From NCBI RefSeq assembly GCF_009914755.1, contig NC_060947.1: DNA of 64,000 nucleotides. The stretch is one strand, 5' to 3'. Below are positions 16,527 to 32,545 of the stretch, in pieces (positions within the stretch are counted from its first letter, which is position 1; each line of letters starts with the position of its first letter). Position numbers and translations under genes: made by a program. The notes beneath the pieces are model-generated. The model was not told the origin of the DNA. It saw only the letters and a program-made list of their open reading frames with translations, and searched no databases. This DNA is from the human T2T-CHM13v2.0 reference genome, Homo sapiens.

Positions 16527-17246
16527 TATAGTTACTTTATGAACACCATGAACGGATCATGGTCTCCTATTTTGCACTGACTTCTAGGAAGCTCAGAGCC
16601 AGGCCTGTGGCTGACTGCTAGTAAATGCCTCTAACTTCAGAGCCTGTAAATATACTCTGTATGCCAGCCCCACTCCTGGCTCCCCTGTTCTTTCTTACTT
16701 ATATTTTTTCTTTTATTTTTAGCATTTGCATATTCATTTTATCCTACAGAACTGTCTACATCTTTCTAGCTTACCTTAAATCCATTTCTGAAACAAGGCA
16801 AAATAGATAAATATAAAAATACATACAATAGTGAGAAGAAGAACTGAAGGGGTATTTACTCAGAAAGTGTTTTTTAATCCTACCCCAACTGCCCCCATTC
16901 CAAAAGACAGTCTTCCAGAAAAGGCAGAGTCAAGGAAAAAGATTTTAATCACAGCCAAGATCTCAAAGTTGGTGGAGACAGCTGCTGAGCCATCCAGGGG
17001 CACATACATGCTTTCTAGACCCAGAGTGTAAGTTCCATGTGGCCAGTGGTAAGAAGAAATGGATGGAACTAATGTCATGGATATTTGCTGGCTTAGTGTT
17101 TAGCATATGTTAATTCATCTAACGCCCCCAGTAAGCCATTGAATGATTCTCATTTCACAGATGATGAACCTGAAGCATTAGAGAGGCAGAATGAATTGTC
17201 AACCTTAGCTAGTTTGATTCTAAATCATAACTCATGATGAAATTGC

Positions 17247-17478
17247 TAGACTGCCTGATGCAAATCCCAGCTCTGCAACTTAATATGTAATTCTGGGTAC
17301 ATTCCTTAACCTCTCTGCTTCTTAGTTTCCTCATCTGCAAAATGGGAATAATAATAGTGCCCACTTTGTAGGATTGCTGTGAGGAGTAAATGAGTTAATA
17401 TGTAGAAAGCATTTAGTGCAACATTTGTCACATGGTAAGCAGCAAGCATATAAATGTTAGCTTTTATGATAATTATTA
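17247..17478 (+). mobile_element. MIR, well preserved (an opposite-strand MIR fragment lies at ~17110-17230)
   Basis: ttaacctctctgcttcttagtttcctcatctgcaaaatgggaataataatagt...gtgaggagtaaatgagttaat. Confidence 0.85.
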
Positions 17479-17593
17479 GTAAGTGGTAGAATGAATCATC
17501 CTTCAAGAAAGGTCAAAATAAGTCTAGGAATGCCCTGTCAATATGATCCTATTAAGTGAGTGAAAATTGAATCCAAACAAAAGGCACCACCTT

Positions 17594-17630
17594 TGTTCGT
17601 TCATTCATTCATTCATTCATTCATTCATCC
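17594..17630. repeat. (TTCA)n tetranucleotide, probably an L2 3' tail
   Basis: Direct observation. Confidence 0.8.
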
Positions 17631-19348
17631 ATCTATTCTCCAACTAACATGCATGTGGGAATAAAAAGATATGCTGGGTAGCACCAGCCATAAATAAAAT
17701 GAGTTCAAAGAGGCAAGGATTACTCTGAGCTGCAGTGGTAAGGAACATCTTAAGAGAAGAAATATAATTTAGTTCATGTCTTCAGGAGCAGGCAGAAGAA
17801 ACTGGACAGCAAAGGAGAGACCCCTCCAAAATGGTGTGGGAAGAGAGTGACCCAGATTGGCAGCACAGAACCAGCAGTCCAAGGCCACAGATGAGGCTGG
17901 CACTCCCAAAAGGCAGCTCATTCACCTCTGAGCCTCTGTCATCCACCATGGGACCCAATACAGAGCACATGCACAATATATGTTTATTGAATGAAGAAAG
18001 AATAAACTTACATGATTAAACACTGTACTATGTGGCACGCCTTCCATACCCAGTACTTTGAGTTGCAAAATTTACTTGAATGAAAAGCAGCCTGGCAGGG
18101 CCTGCCCTATGGTGGCCCAAGTGCCATTACCCTCCTGCCCTGCGGTATCCTCTCATTTTATATCCTAATTTTTACATCACAATTCTCCCTCTGAGGAACT
18201 ACAAATTAGCATTTACTTACTGCTCCCATTTTTAAACACAAAATTTGCAATCTAATTAAAGAAGAAATCATGGGTGGCACTAACCAGGTCATTTGTTAGC
18301 AACTAAATGGCTATATAGCGGCCTTGCTTTTATTCATAGAAGCTTCATTTAGAAAACAGACCATTAGAACACTGTATTTTGGATGAAACAGTAGTTTCAC
18401 TGTTAATGATTTCCTCATTTCCACAAGAATATAATCATGGAAAAAGAAATAAAATAAACACAATATAAATATATATGTATATATAAAACCCCAGAAAAAG
18501 AGTTGGTCCTTTTTCCACTCTTTAGAAACATAAGAAACACTCTATCTGTTTTGGCACAACATTATATGATTTATTTATTCTAAAATGCCAATAATTTTTT
18601 CTAGCGTCCCATAAAATTCAAGGTTATAAGAATGGATGTGCTTCAAAAATAGAAAGAGAGAAGCCTAAGCGTGATTAAGATTTTTAAATAGTGGAACTGA
18701 TTTTAACTAGGCCTATACGATCACAGCCAAATCCAGTTTAGCATAGGTATTAATAATAAAGTGACATTCCCTAATAATAACGTGTCTAGTCAGTATTTTC
18801 CCCAGTGTAATTTTAGAGAGTCTTATGGCATGGGAGAGAGATTGTGCATGGCAAAATGGTAGACTAGGCAGCAATTAAAACTCACACTCCTGGCTGAGCT
18901 TGTGAAAACAGAGAGAAATGTCCCCAGGTACCAACGCGAAGAGGTAGCTGACAGCCAGAGAGGAAGATGAACAAGCTAATAGGTGGCAGCAGGATGAGAG
19001 GTAGTTGGGGTGGGGAGGAAGTGGGATCAAACCCTTTAGCAGGTAAGAGCTTAGATTTTTTAACACTCACCAGGGCACAAACGACAAGACCTCCAGTCCA
19101 GGAGAGTAGCAATTGGGAACTCCTACACATTAAACCTATGCATAAAGCTAGAACTGTAAAAGGCTGCAAGTGAAGTGAAAGAATTAATAAATTCTACCCA
19201 TTGGACAAGAGAGATGACAATGAGGCTTTTCTCTGCTGAGTCTCTAGGTATAAAAAAAATAAGTTATCTGATAGAAATCAAAGCCAATATTCCACCTAAT
19301 AAGAATTTGGAGTATAAATTTATTTTGCCCACTTACTATATAAAGCTC

Positions 19349-19765
19349 TGATACAGTTCACATGTTTGTCCCCTCCAAATCTCACATTGAAAGGTAATCC
19401 CCAGCGTTGGAGGTGGGGCCTGGTGGGAGGGATTTGGATCATGGAGGCAGATCCCTCATGAATGGCTCAGCGCCATCCCCTCAGTGATGAGTGAGCTCTC
19501 GCTCTGAGATCACATGAGATCTGCTTGTTTAAAAGAAGTTGACACCTCCTTACTCTCTCTCTTGCTCCCTCTTACCATGTAATATGCCAGCTCCCCACTT
19601 TGCTTTCTGCCCTGATTGTAAGCTTCCTGAGCTCTCACCAGAGGCAGATGCTAGCACCACACTTCGTGTACAGTCTGAAGATCCATAATCCAAAATTAAC
19701 ATTTTTTCTTTATACATTACCCAGCCTCAGGTATTCCTTTATAACAAAAAAAATTGACTAATCCA
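19349..19765 (+). mobile_element. MSTB-like solo LTR (MaLR)
   Basis: tgatacagtt...gtcccctccaaatctcac...ggcagatccctcatgaatggc...cccagcctcaggtattcctttata. Confidence 0.85.
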
Positions 19766-19849
19766 TGTTCCAAGGCAATTAATTAACATCAAAATTAACA
19801 TGAAATTAGACCAGTTTATAAGCTAGCCTGGAAAGGTAAAATCAAAATT

Positions 19850-20526
19850 ACTCAAAGAGTTCTATTGCCAGATGCTAAAATTAGCAGGTGAGTTTGAGAA
19901 AAAGTAGGGTTTGCATAGTCTCAAAGTGTCTCTTTCAAGGTATTTATTAAATGCAAAAGGAAAGATAGTAACTTTCCAATGGAGAAAGCTGGCAGACATT
20001 ACCTGAATCAAGTGATCAAGGCCAACATCACCAGTAGTAAGACATACTGACATCATGAACCACTTGATATGATGTTCTAAGAAGGAGACAACATCATTTC
20101 TGTGGTATTCTTTCCAAAAGTGTATAATCTCAGTCCAACTATGAGAAAACATCAGACAACTCCAAATTGAACAACATTCTACAAAATAATTGACCACTAT
20201 TCTTAAAAAGTATCAAGGTCATAAAAGACAAAGAAAGGTTGAGGAACTGTTACAGACCACAGAAGACTAACATGAAACAACTACTAAATGCAATGTGGGA
20301 TCCTGGATAGGATCCTGGGACAGAAAAATGACAGTGAAAAATTGGTAAAATTCAAATGAAGTTTTTAGTCTGTAGAACTGTCCCAGTGTTAATTGTTTGG
20401 GTTTAATAATTACACTGTGGTAAGATGTTAACATAGAAAAAGCTGGGTGAGGGAAATATGGGAACTCTAGTTTGGTAAATTTTCTGTAAGTCTACAATTA
20501 GTTCAAAATAAAAGATTTTTTAAAAA
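19850..20526 (+). mobile_element. L1MC-like 3' end
   Basis: tcaagtgatcaaggccaacatcaccag, aactactaaatgcaatgtgggatcctggataggatcct, ends ataaaagatttttaaaaa. Confidence 0.8.
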
Positions 20527-22495
20527 CTACTCTAAATGGTCAACCCAAGCAACAAAGGAACAATGAAGTGGAGGAAGAAAGTCCAATTTAAGATGAGCTC
20601 AGAAAACAAAAGGAAACAATCCACCCTAAGTCAGCAGATATAACAGAAAAATTGGCATTCCATGAATTTGGGACAATAGAACAAAAATCAGTAATGAACC
20701 ATGAAATTATGATGTTTAAAATTATTAAAGAGATAAAACACAGAGAAGCCATAAGAAAAGAACAAGATGCTACGGAAAAGGATGGAAACATGAAACACAA
20801 CAATTAAATAGTACTTAAAGAATAAGAAGGCAGAGTCACTGAATCAATGAACTAGATGGGAGATTTAAGGAAAATTCCAGAAATGTAGCAGCACAGAATG
20901 AAAAATAAATGAAAAGAATGAAAGATCAAAAGACATGGAGAAAAAAGAGGAGTTTGACAGGATATTAAGAGATAACAAGAACAGGTTGAGAGTTTGAGAA
21001 GGAAAACAGGCAAAATGAACAAGAGAAGTTATTTGAAGAGATAATGGCTCAGAATAATTCTCAAACTGAAGAATTATAAATAGTCCCAAGATGCATTGTA
21101 ATAAAACTGCAGAACACCAAAAACAAAGAAAGACAGCCAGAGGGAATAAAGGCTTATGACTACAAAGGAACAATTATATTAACAAGAGACGTACCAACAA
21201 TGGAGGCAAAAGACAATAGAGTATCTTCAAAAGATCAAAGGAAAATAGTTAAATCTAGAATTATGTACCCGTTTAAACTTCAAAAGTAAGAGAAAAATAC
21301 ATGCATTGCAGAAATTAAGACTTAATTCCCAGGTTTATGAAGCAAGTCTCATTAAATATCAAAGAATTAAGAAGATGCAGACAATGTTCTCTAACTAAAC
21401 GTAATAAAAAGAGAAATTAAGAACCAAATGAGAGTAACTTCATACACATATGGAAATGTCAAAACAAACTTTTAAATAACTAATTGGTCAAAAAAGAAAT
21501 AATACTAGAAAATATTTATATATGGAGGATAATAAACACTAAATACACCACAGCTAAAGTAATACTCAGAAGGCAAATTAAAGCCTTAAGTGCATTTCTT
21601 AGAAAAGAAACACTGAAAATCAGTGAAACACATATTCAAGTCAAGAAGTTAGAAAATAAACACAGAAAAAGTACAAAGAACAACATGATAAAAATAAGAA
21701 TACAAATTGATGAATTAATGAAATAGAAAACAAAGTTTAAAAAGAGGGTTAACAAGTTAAAATTTGGTTGTTTAAAAAAATCTAAAAAACAACTCTAGTA
21801 AAATTGATTTTTTGAAAAGGTACAAATCAACAGTAACAGGACTAAAAAGGTTATAAAAAATTTAAAATTAGGTGAAATGGGAAAGTTTCTAGAAGCTACA
21901 TAATTTTCAAAACCAACTCAAGAAGAAATAGAAATCTGGAATAAAATGTATTAGAGGAAGTGAATCATTAAAAATCTACCCACTGAAAAAAGGAAGGGCC
22001 ATATGGTTTTACAGACAACTTACACAAAACCTTAAAAAAACTGACAATACCTACATTTTACAAGCTGCTTTAAGAAACAGTGAATGTTCTGAAACTCATC
22101 TTATGAAGCAATTATAAAACACACATTTGACATGGACAAAGGTGGTATGAGAAAGAAAAAGTATAGACCTATCTCCTTTATGAATAAAGATGTGAAAATC
22201 CTAAAGAAAATATCTGCATCTACCAAAAACTCATAATAAGCTAAGTACTTAGTAAAAATATCTTTTGTAAGGTAAGGAAAAAGACAAGGAGATCTGCTAT
22301 TACTACTCACATGTTGCATTGTAGGCCCTAGCCAATATAATAAAAATAGAAAAAAAAATCATAAGGATTAGAAAGGAAGAAGCAAATCTGTCATTATTTA
22401 TAGTTTATATAATATGGTCCAAAATTAAAATCCAAAAGAATCTACAGACTCTGAGAATTCAAAAAATAAAATGAGATCAATATACAAAACATAAT

Positions 22496-22750
22496 CGGGT
22501 GGATCACAAGGTCAGGAGTCCAAGACCAGCCTGGCAAGATGGTGAAACCCCGTATCTACTAAAAATACAAAAATCAGCCGGGCGTGGTGGTGGGCACCTG
22601 TAATTCCAGCTACTCGGGAGGCTGAGGCAGAGAATTGTTTGAACCCGGGTGGCGGAGGCTGTAGTGAGCGGAGATCGCTCCATTGCACTCCAGCCTGGGC
22701 GACAGAGCAAGATTCCATCAAAAACAAAAAACAAACAAACAAACGAAAAC
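22496..22750 (+). mobile_element. 5'-truncated AluSg-like
   Basis: ggatcacaaggtcaggag...ggcaagatggtg, ggcagagaattg, (CAAA)n tail. Confidence 0.9.
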
Positions 22751-23328
22751 AATAGCATTCATACATACCACCAACTAGAAAATGTAATTTTAAAGTAAAT
22801 ATACCAGCTACAATAACAATAAAACTATAAAGTATTATAAAACAAGATACATTATATTTATGGATGAGAAGTTTCTATTTCAAAGTGACAGAAATTATGT
22901 CCCCAAAATCAGGTGGCCAGCTTGTGCAGCCATGCCACACAACTCTCAGACTGAAACTGAGATGGAGGGTACCACACCAGCTGTGCACATGTGGTGTCAC
23001 TGCCGTGCCCAGGGATCCTCTGCATTTGAGCCACTGCACCACCAGACAACCCACAAACATACCCCAGAACCCACTATAATTTTGGCAAGCACAGGGGACC
23101 AGTAGGTCCCCTGGAGATCTAATTTCATTGTGGGCTGCCCCTAAGGGAGAGGGGAGCACAGCCCACCAAAGCATTCTTTGGGACAAAGGAATGATGGGTG
23201 TGGTACCAACTGCTGAAGGGGATATTACTGATGCCTGGGAACAGATATGGAGAGACGGGTCATCTCTCACCCCTCTCCCAGTAACTGTTGGAGATGCAGC
23301 AGCAGATCTCCCCACCAGGGCCCCATGA

Positions 23329-23576
23329 GCATGCACTGAAAGAAAGCACTGTTCACACTTTTCCGGTGGCTCCATTCCCCCTGAAAGTGAATGTGCACTG
23401 AAAGAAAGCAATTTTCACACTTTTCTGGAAGCTCTACCTCCAATGAAAGTCAGAGCACACTGAAAGAAAGCACTTTTCATGCTTTTCTAGCAGCTCTACC
23501 CCTGCTGAAAGTGAGCTCACACTGAAAGAAAGTGCTTGTCACACTTTTCCCACAGCTCCAACCCCACTGAAAGCAA
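23329..23576 (+). repeat. Four tandem 62-bp units inside the L1 5'UTR
   Basis: cactgaaagaaag recurs at 23334, 23396, 23458, 23520. Confidence 0.93.
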
Positions 23577-23902
23577 GCCCGTGTCTGCTTGTGCTTGCAC
23601 AAAGTGTAAGGCCCAACTCCCCCTCCCTAAACAGAATGGCAGTGCCCTAGCAATGAAGGACAGACCTCGGAGTTACCCTCCCTGGACTGTGGGAATAGGC
23701 TCTGCTCTGACCCCCACTCTAATGGTAGCCATCAGAAAGGTGGATTCACGGCCCACAGCCACACAGTGGCATAGAACCAAAGGACAAAACCTTTACAAAC
23801 AGGTCGTGAGCCCTTGAGAGTGACATGATAAGAAAATAGATGGATTCCTGCTGGTCTAAGACAAGAAGCTGGTGCACTCCCCAAACCCGCCTCTGAGACT
23901 TC

Positions 23903-24199
23903 ATTTTTTTATTTGAGATAGAGTCTCGATCTGTTGCCCAGACTGGAATGCAGTCATATGGTCATGGTTCACTGCAGTCTTGAACTCCTGGGTTGAAGCA
24001 ATCCTCCCACCTCAGCCTCCCCAGTATCTGGAACTACAGGTGCACACTACCACACTCAGCTAATTTTTAAATTTTTCTTTCGTAGAGATTCAGTCTCACT
24101 ATGTTAACCAGGCTGGCTTTGAACTCCTGGCCTCAAGTAATTCTCCTACCTTGGCCTCCTAAAATATGGGATTACAGGTGTGAGCCACCAAGCCTGGTC
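23903..24199 (-). mobile_element. AluJ inside L1 5'UTR
   Basis: Reverse Alu, J-type diagnostics. Confidence 0.9.
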
Positions 24200-27100
24200 C
24201 CCCAAGACTTTAGCACACCATCATCTCTTCCTGCCACCACCATCAGGGCAGGTGCGTCCACCTGGACACCAACCTACCTACTGGCTGCTACTCTTAAGCA
24301 CCATCTACTGTACTGCAGCCTGAACTGCACCACCAAACAAAAATGCATTGCTACAATAAGCAGCATCTGACAAAGCCACAGCACAGAACCTATCTGCAAC
24401 CAAGGAAACTGTACAGAGCTTTGCCCCCTGAAAGCACCCAGAAATGAAGCCAATCAATCACACACAACATACACCACAGTCATACCCTCAAAGGAAAAAA
24501 GAATAACAAATTTTTAGAAAGCCCTCTGAAATGGTAGCAAACCCAAAAAAAAAAAAAAAAAAAGCAGCAACAGCCTCAGATGAGAAGGAATCAGGAATCA
24601 GCACAAGAACTCTGGCAGTACAGAAAACCAGAGTGTTTTCTCACCTGCAAAGGATCACACTAGCTCCCTAGCAATGGATCCTAACCAGATTGAAATGTCT
24701 GAAATGACAGATAAAGAATTCAAAATATGGATTGCAAGGAAACTCAACAATATCCAAGAGAAAGTTGAAATCCAGCACAAATAAAACAGAAAAATGATCC
24801 AGGAAATGACAGATGAAATAGATGAAATAGATATATTAAGAAAGAACCAAACAGAACTTTTGGAATTGAAAAGTTCACTACAGGAATTTCAAAATATAGT
24901 TTGAAGCCTTGACAATAGACTAGATCAAGTAGAAGAAAGAATTTCAGAGGTCAAAGACTGGTCTTCCAAGTTAACCCAGTCACACAAAATAAGGAAAAAT
25001 AATTTTAAAAATGAATAAAACCTTTGAGAAATATGGGATTATGTAAAGTGACCCAACCTATGACTTACTGGCATTCGAGAGAGAGAAGGAGAAAAAGCAA
25101 GCAATTTGGAAAACATTTGAGGCTATAATTCAGAAAAATGTCCCCAATCTCACTAGAGAGGTCAACATGCAGATACAAGAAATTCAGAGAACTTCTGCAG
25201 AATGCTATACAAGACAACCACTCCCATGGCAAATAGTCATCAGACTATCTGAGGTCAAAACATAAGGAAAAATTTTAAAAGCAGCTAGAGAAAAGGGCCA
25301 AATTACCTGTAAAGGGAATCCCATCAGACTAACAGTAGACCTCCTAGATTGGAGACCTATTTTTAGCCTTCTTAAAGAAAATAAATCCAAGCCAAGAATT
25401 TCATACCCCACCAAACTAAGCTTCATAAACGAAGGTGAGTCTTTACCAGACAAGCAAATGCTAAGGGAATTAATCACCACCAGACCAGTCTACAAGAAAT
25501 ATTTAAAGGAGTTCTAAACATGGAAATGAAAGAACAATACTTGCTACCACAAAAGCACACATAAGTATAAAGCCGAGAGCCTTATGAAGCAACTACACAA
25601 TTGATACTACAAAGCAACTTGCTAACAACACTACAATAGGAACAAAACCTCACATATCAATACTAACCTTGAATATAAATGGCCTTAACGCTCCATATAG
25701 AAGACATAAAATGGCAAATTAGATTAAAAAAAAAAAATACAAGACCCAACCTTCTCCTGTTTTCAAGAGGCCCATTTCACATGTAATGACATTGATAGGC
25801 CCAAAGTAAAGGGATGGAGAAAGATCTATCATGCAAATGGAAAACAAAATAGAGCAGAGGTAGCTATTTTTGTATCAGATAAAACCAACAACATTAAAAC
25901 CAACAACAACTTTAAACCAACGACATTAAAAAAGGACAAAGAAGGGCACTATATAATGATGAGGCGTTCAATTCAACAAGAAGATTTAACTATCCTAAAT
26001 ATATATGCACTCAACATCAGAGCACCCAGATTTATAAAACAATTACTACTAGACCTAAGAAAAGACATAGATGGCCATACAATAATAGTGGAGGACTTCA
26101 ACATCCCATTGACAGGACTAGACAGATCACTGAGGCAGAAAACTAACAAGGAAACTCTGCACTTAAGTTGGACTTCTGACCAAATGGACCTAATAGACAT
26201 CTACAGAATACTCCACCCAATAACCACAGAATATACATCCTTCTCATCTGCACATGGAATAGTCTCTAAGATTGACCACGTGCTCAGTCATAAGTCTCAA
26301 TAAATTCAAAAATATCAAAATTCTACTAAGCATCTTCTTGGACCACAGTGGAATAAAATTAGAAACCAGTACCAAGAGGAACTCACAAAACCACACAAAT
26401 ACATGGAAACTAAACAACTTGCTCCTGAATGACTTTTAGGTAAACAATGAAATTAAAGCAAAAAATTATTTGAAACAAATGAAAACAGAGACACAACATA
26501 CCAAAACCTGTGGGATACAGTAAAAGCAGTGTTCAGAGGAAAGTTTATAGTGCTAAAGGCTTACATCAGGAAGACAAAAGTTGGCAGCATTTCCCCTAAT
26601 AACTGCAACAAGACAAGTATGTCCGCTCTCTCCACTTCTATTCAATATAGTATTGGAAGTCCTAGCCAGGGCAATCAAGCAAGGGAAAGAAATAAAAGGC
26701 ATCCAAATAGGGAAAAAGGCAGTCAAATCATCTCTGTTTGCCAATAATGTGATTCTACACCTAAAAAACTCCAAAGGTTCCTCCAATAGACTCCTAGACA
26801 TGAAAAATGACTTCAGTAAAGTTTCAGGATACAAAATCACTGCACAAATATTAGTAGCATTTCTATACACCAATAACATTCAAGCTGAGAACCAATGAAG
26901 AATGAAATCCCATTTACAATAGACACAAAAAATAAAATACCTAGGAATACACCTAATCAAAGGGTGAGATACCCCTACAAGTAGAACTATGAAACACTGC
27001 TGAAAGAAATCATAGATGACACAAGCAAATGGAAAAACATCCCATGCTCATGGATTGTAAGAATCAACATCATTAAAATATCCATACTGCCCAAAGCAAT

Positions 27101-27539
27101 CTACAGATTCAATGCAATTCCTATCAAATTACCAATGTCATTTTTTTCACAGAATTAGAAAAAACACATTTCTAAAATTCATATGGAACCAAAAAAGAGC
27201 CTCAAAAGCCAAAGTAAACCTAAGCAAAAATAACAAAGCCAGAGCCATCACATTACCCAACTTCAAACAATACTACAAGGCTATAGTAACCAAAACAGCA
27301 TGGTACTTGTACAAAAAATAGGCACGTACTAATAGATCAATGGAAAAGAATAGAGAACTCAGAAATAAAGCCACATACCCACAACCAACTGATCTTTGAC
27401 AAAGCTGACAAAAATAAACAATAGAGAAAGGACACCCTCTTCAATAAATGGTGCTGGGAAAACTGGCTAGACATGAATTGGATCCCTAACTCTCATTATA
27501 TACAAAAATGAACTAAAAATGGATTAAAGACTTAAATGT

Positions 27540-27836
<297 letters not shown>

Positions 27837-29327
27837 AAAGGCTTAAATGTAAGACCTAAAACTATGAAAACCTAGGAAAAATTCTTCTGGACATTTGCCT
27901 AGGCAAAGAATTTATATTGAAGACCTCAAAAGCAAATGTAACAAAACCAAAAATTGACAAACGGGACTTAATCAAACTAAAGAGCTTCTGCACAGCAAAA
28001 GAAACTGTCAATGGAGTAAACAGACAACCCACAGAATGGGAGATAATATTTGCAAACTATGAACCTGACTAAAGGACTAATATACAGAATCTAAACTTAA
28101 ATCAACAACAACAACAACAACAACAACATTCGAAAGTGGGCAAAGAACATGAACAGACACTTCTCAAAAGCAGACAGACATAAAAGCAGCCAACAAACAT
28201 GAAAAAATGCTCAGCATCACTAATTGTCACAGGAAGGCAAATTAAAATCAAATAAGATATCATCTCACGCCAGTCAGAATGGCTATTAAAAAGTCAAAAA
28301 ATAACAGATGCTGGCAAGGATGCAGAGAAAAGGGAATGCTTATACACTGTTGGTGGGAATGTAAATTAGTTCAGCTCCTGTGGAAAGCAGTTTGGAGATT
28401 TCTCAAATAACTAAAAATAGAACTGCCATTTAACCCAGCAATCCCATTATTGGGTATCTACCCAAAGGAAAAGAAATCTACATTTTCTTTATCCAGTCCA
28501 CTGTTGATGGGCACCTAGGTTGATTCTATGAGGTGGTTATTGTGAATACCACTTTTATAAACATATCAGTGCAAGAAAGTGTGGTACATATACACCATGG
28601 AATACTCTGCAGCCATAAATAAAAGAGTGAAATCATGTCCTATGCAGCAACATGGATGCAGCTAGAGGCCATTATCTTAAGTGAATTGATGCAGAAACAG
28701 AAAATCAAATACCACATATTGTCACTTGTAAGTGGGAGCTAAACAAAACGTACACACATACATAAAGATGGAAATTATAGACACTGAGGACTCCAAAAAG
28801 GGGGAGAAAGGGAGGAAGGCGAGGGTTGAAAAGCTACCTATTGAGTACTATGTTCACTATTTGGGTGACAAGGTCAGTAGAAGCCCAGACCCCAGCATTA
28901 TGCAAAATACACATGTAACAAACCTGCACATGTACCTTCTGAATCTAAAATTTTTGTGAAAAATTTCTGTCCTCAAATTAATGTATAAATTCAACACAAT
29001 TCCAATCAAAATACAATCACCTTTTCATAGAGCTAGAAAAAGTGGTCATAAAGTTCATATGGAAAATTAAAAGTCTGCAAATAGGACAAATCTGAAGAAA
29101 AATTAGAACTTACCCTGCTTATATTTCATCGTGACATATCATGATGCTATAGTAATAAATGAAAACAGATAATACTGATTTAAGAATAGACAAGCAAACA
29201 AACTTAATAAAATTGGAGGGCTTAGAAACCAATTCATATGGATATGGGTCCATGACATATGTCAGATGTATCAGTACAAACCACTGGGGAAAGGACAGAC
29301 AATGCATGATACTGGGTTGATTGGCAA

Positions 29328-29330
<3 letters not shown>

Positions 29331-29394
<64 letters not shown>
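29331..29394. repeat. (GT)32 uninterrupted microsatellite
   Basis: Direct count. Confidence 0.97.
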
Positions 29395-29396
<2 letters not shown>

Positions 29397-29624
29397 ACCT
29401 AGACACAAAAATTAATCTTAGATTAATTTAAGACCCAAATGTGGAAGGCAAATGTTGTAACTTTTAGAAGAAAATGGAGAAGAATATCTTCATATATGTG
29501 GGGCATACATAATTTCTTAAACAGAATGCAAAATTCACAAACCCATAAAGGAAAAGATGGACAAATTCAAGTATAATTAAAAATTTAAAGCTTTCATGTG
29601 ACAAAACACACCATATTGGCACTT

Positions 29625-32193
<2,569 letters not shown>

Positions 32194-32429
32194 GAACAAA
32201 CTGAAAAATCAAGAACTCTTCTTAGATCTGTCAGAGAAGTGAAGTCACAGGGCAAATCACTGTCCCCAAAATTAGACAGACAAGCAGGAACATACAGAGA
32301 ATCACAATTTACTGGAGCAGAAACCTCTGTGGGAACCAGTACTGAGGTAGAAAACTCTGGACTGTAATTGGAATGCTGGAGGCTCAATGTGGATATGCCT
32401 GAGGGATAAAAACTCTTGAGGTCTCAGGA

Positions 32430-32545
32430 CACAGTAATGCCAGCTACTTGAGAGGCTGAGGTGGGAGGACTGCTTAAGCCCAGGAGTTTGAATCCAGTCT
32501 GGGCAATGTAACAAGACCCCACTTCTAAAAAAGAACAAAAAAAAT
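32430..32545 (+). mobile_element. FLAM (free left Alu monomer)
   Basis: Single monomer ending gggcaatgtaacaagacccc plus A tail. Confidence 0.75.

Noticed and set aside
23329-23576. Regularly spaced repeats as a CRISPR-like array
   Set aside because: Whole 62-bp units are homologous with no unique spacers; eukaryotic L1 context, no cas genes.
25956-27321. Endonuclease and reverse-transcriptase ORF fragments as a possible novel RT system
   Set aside because: Decayed L1 ORF2 with stops, frameshifts, FADD mutated to FANN and a large deletion.
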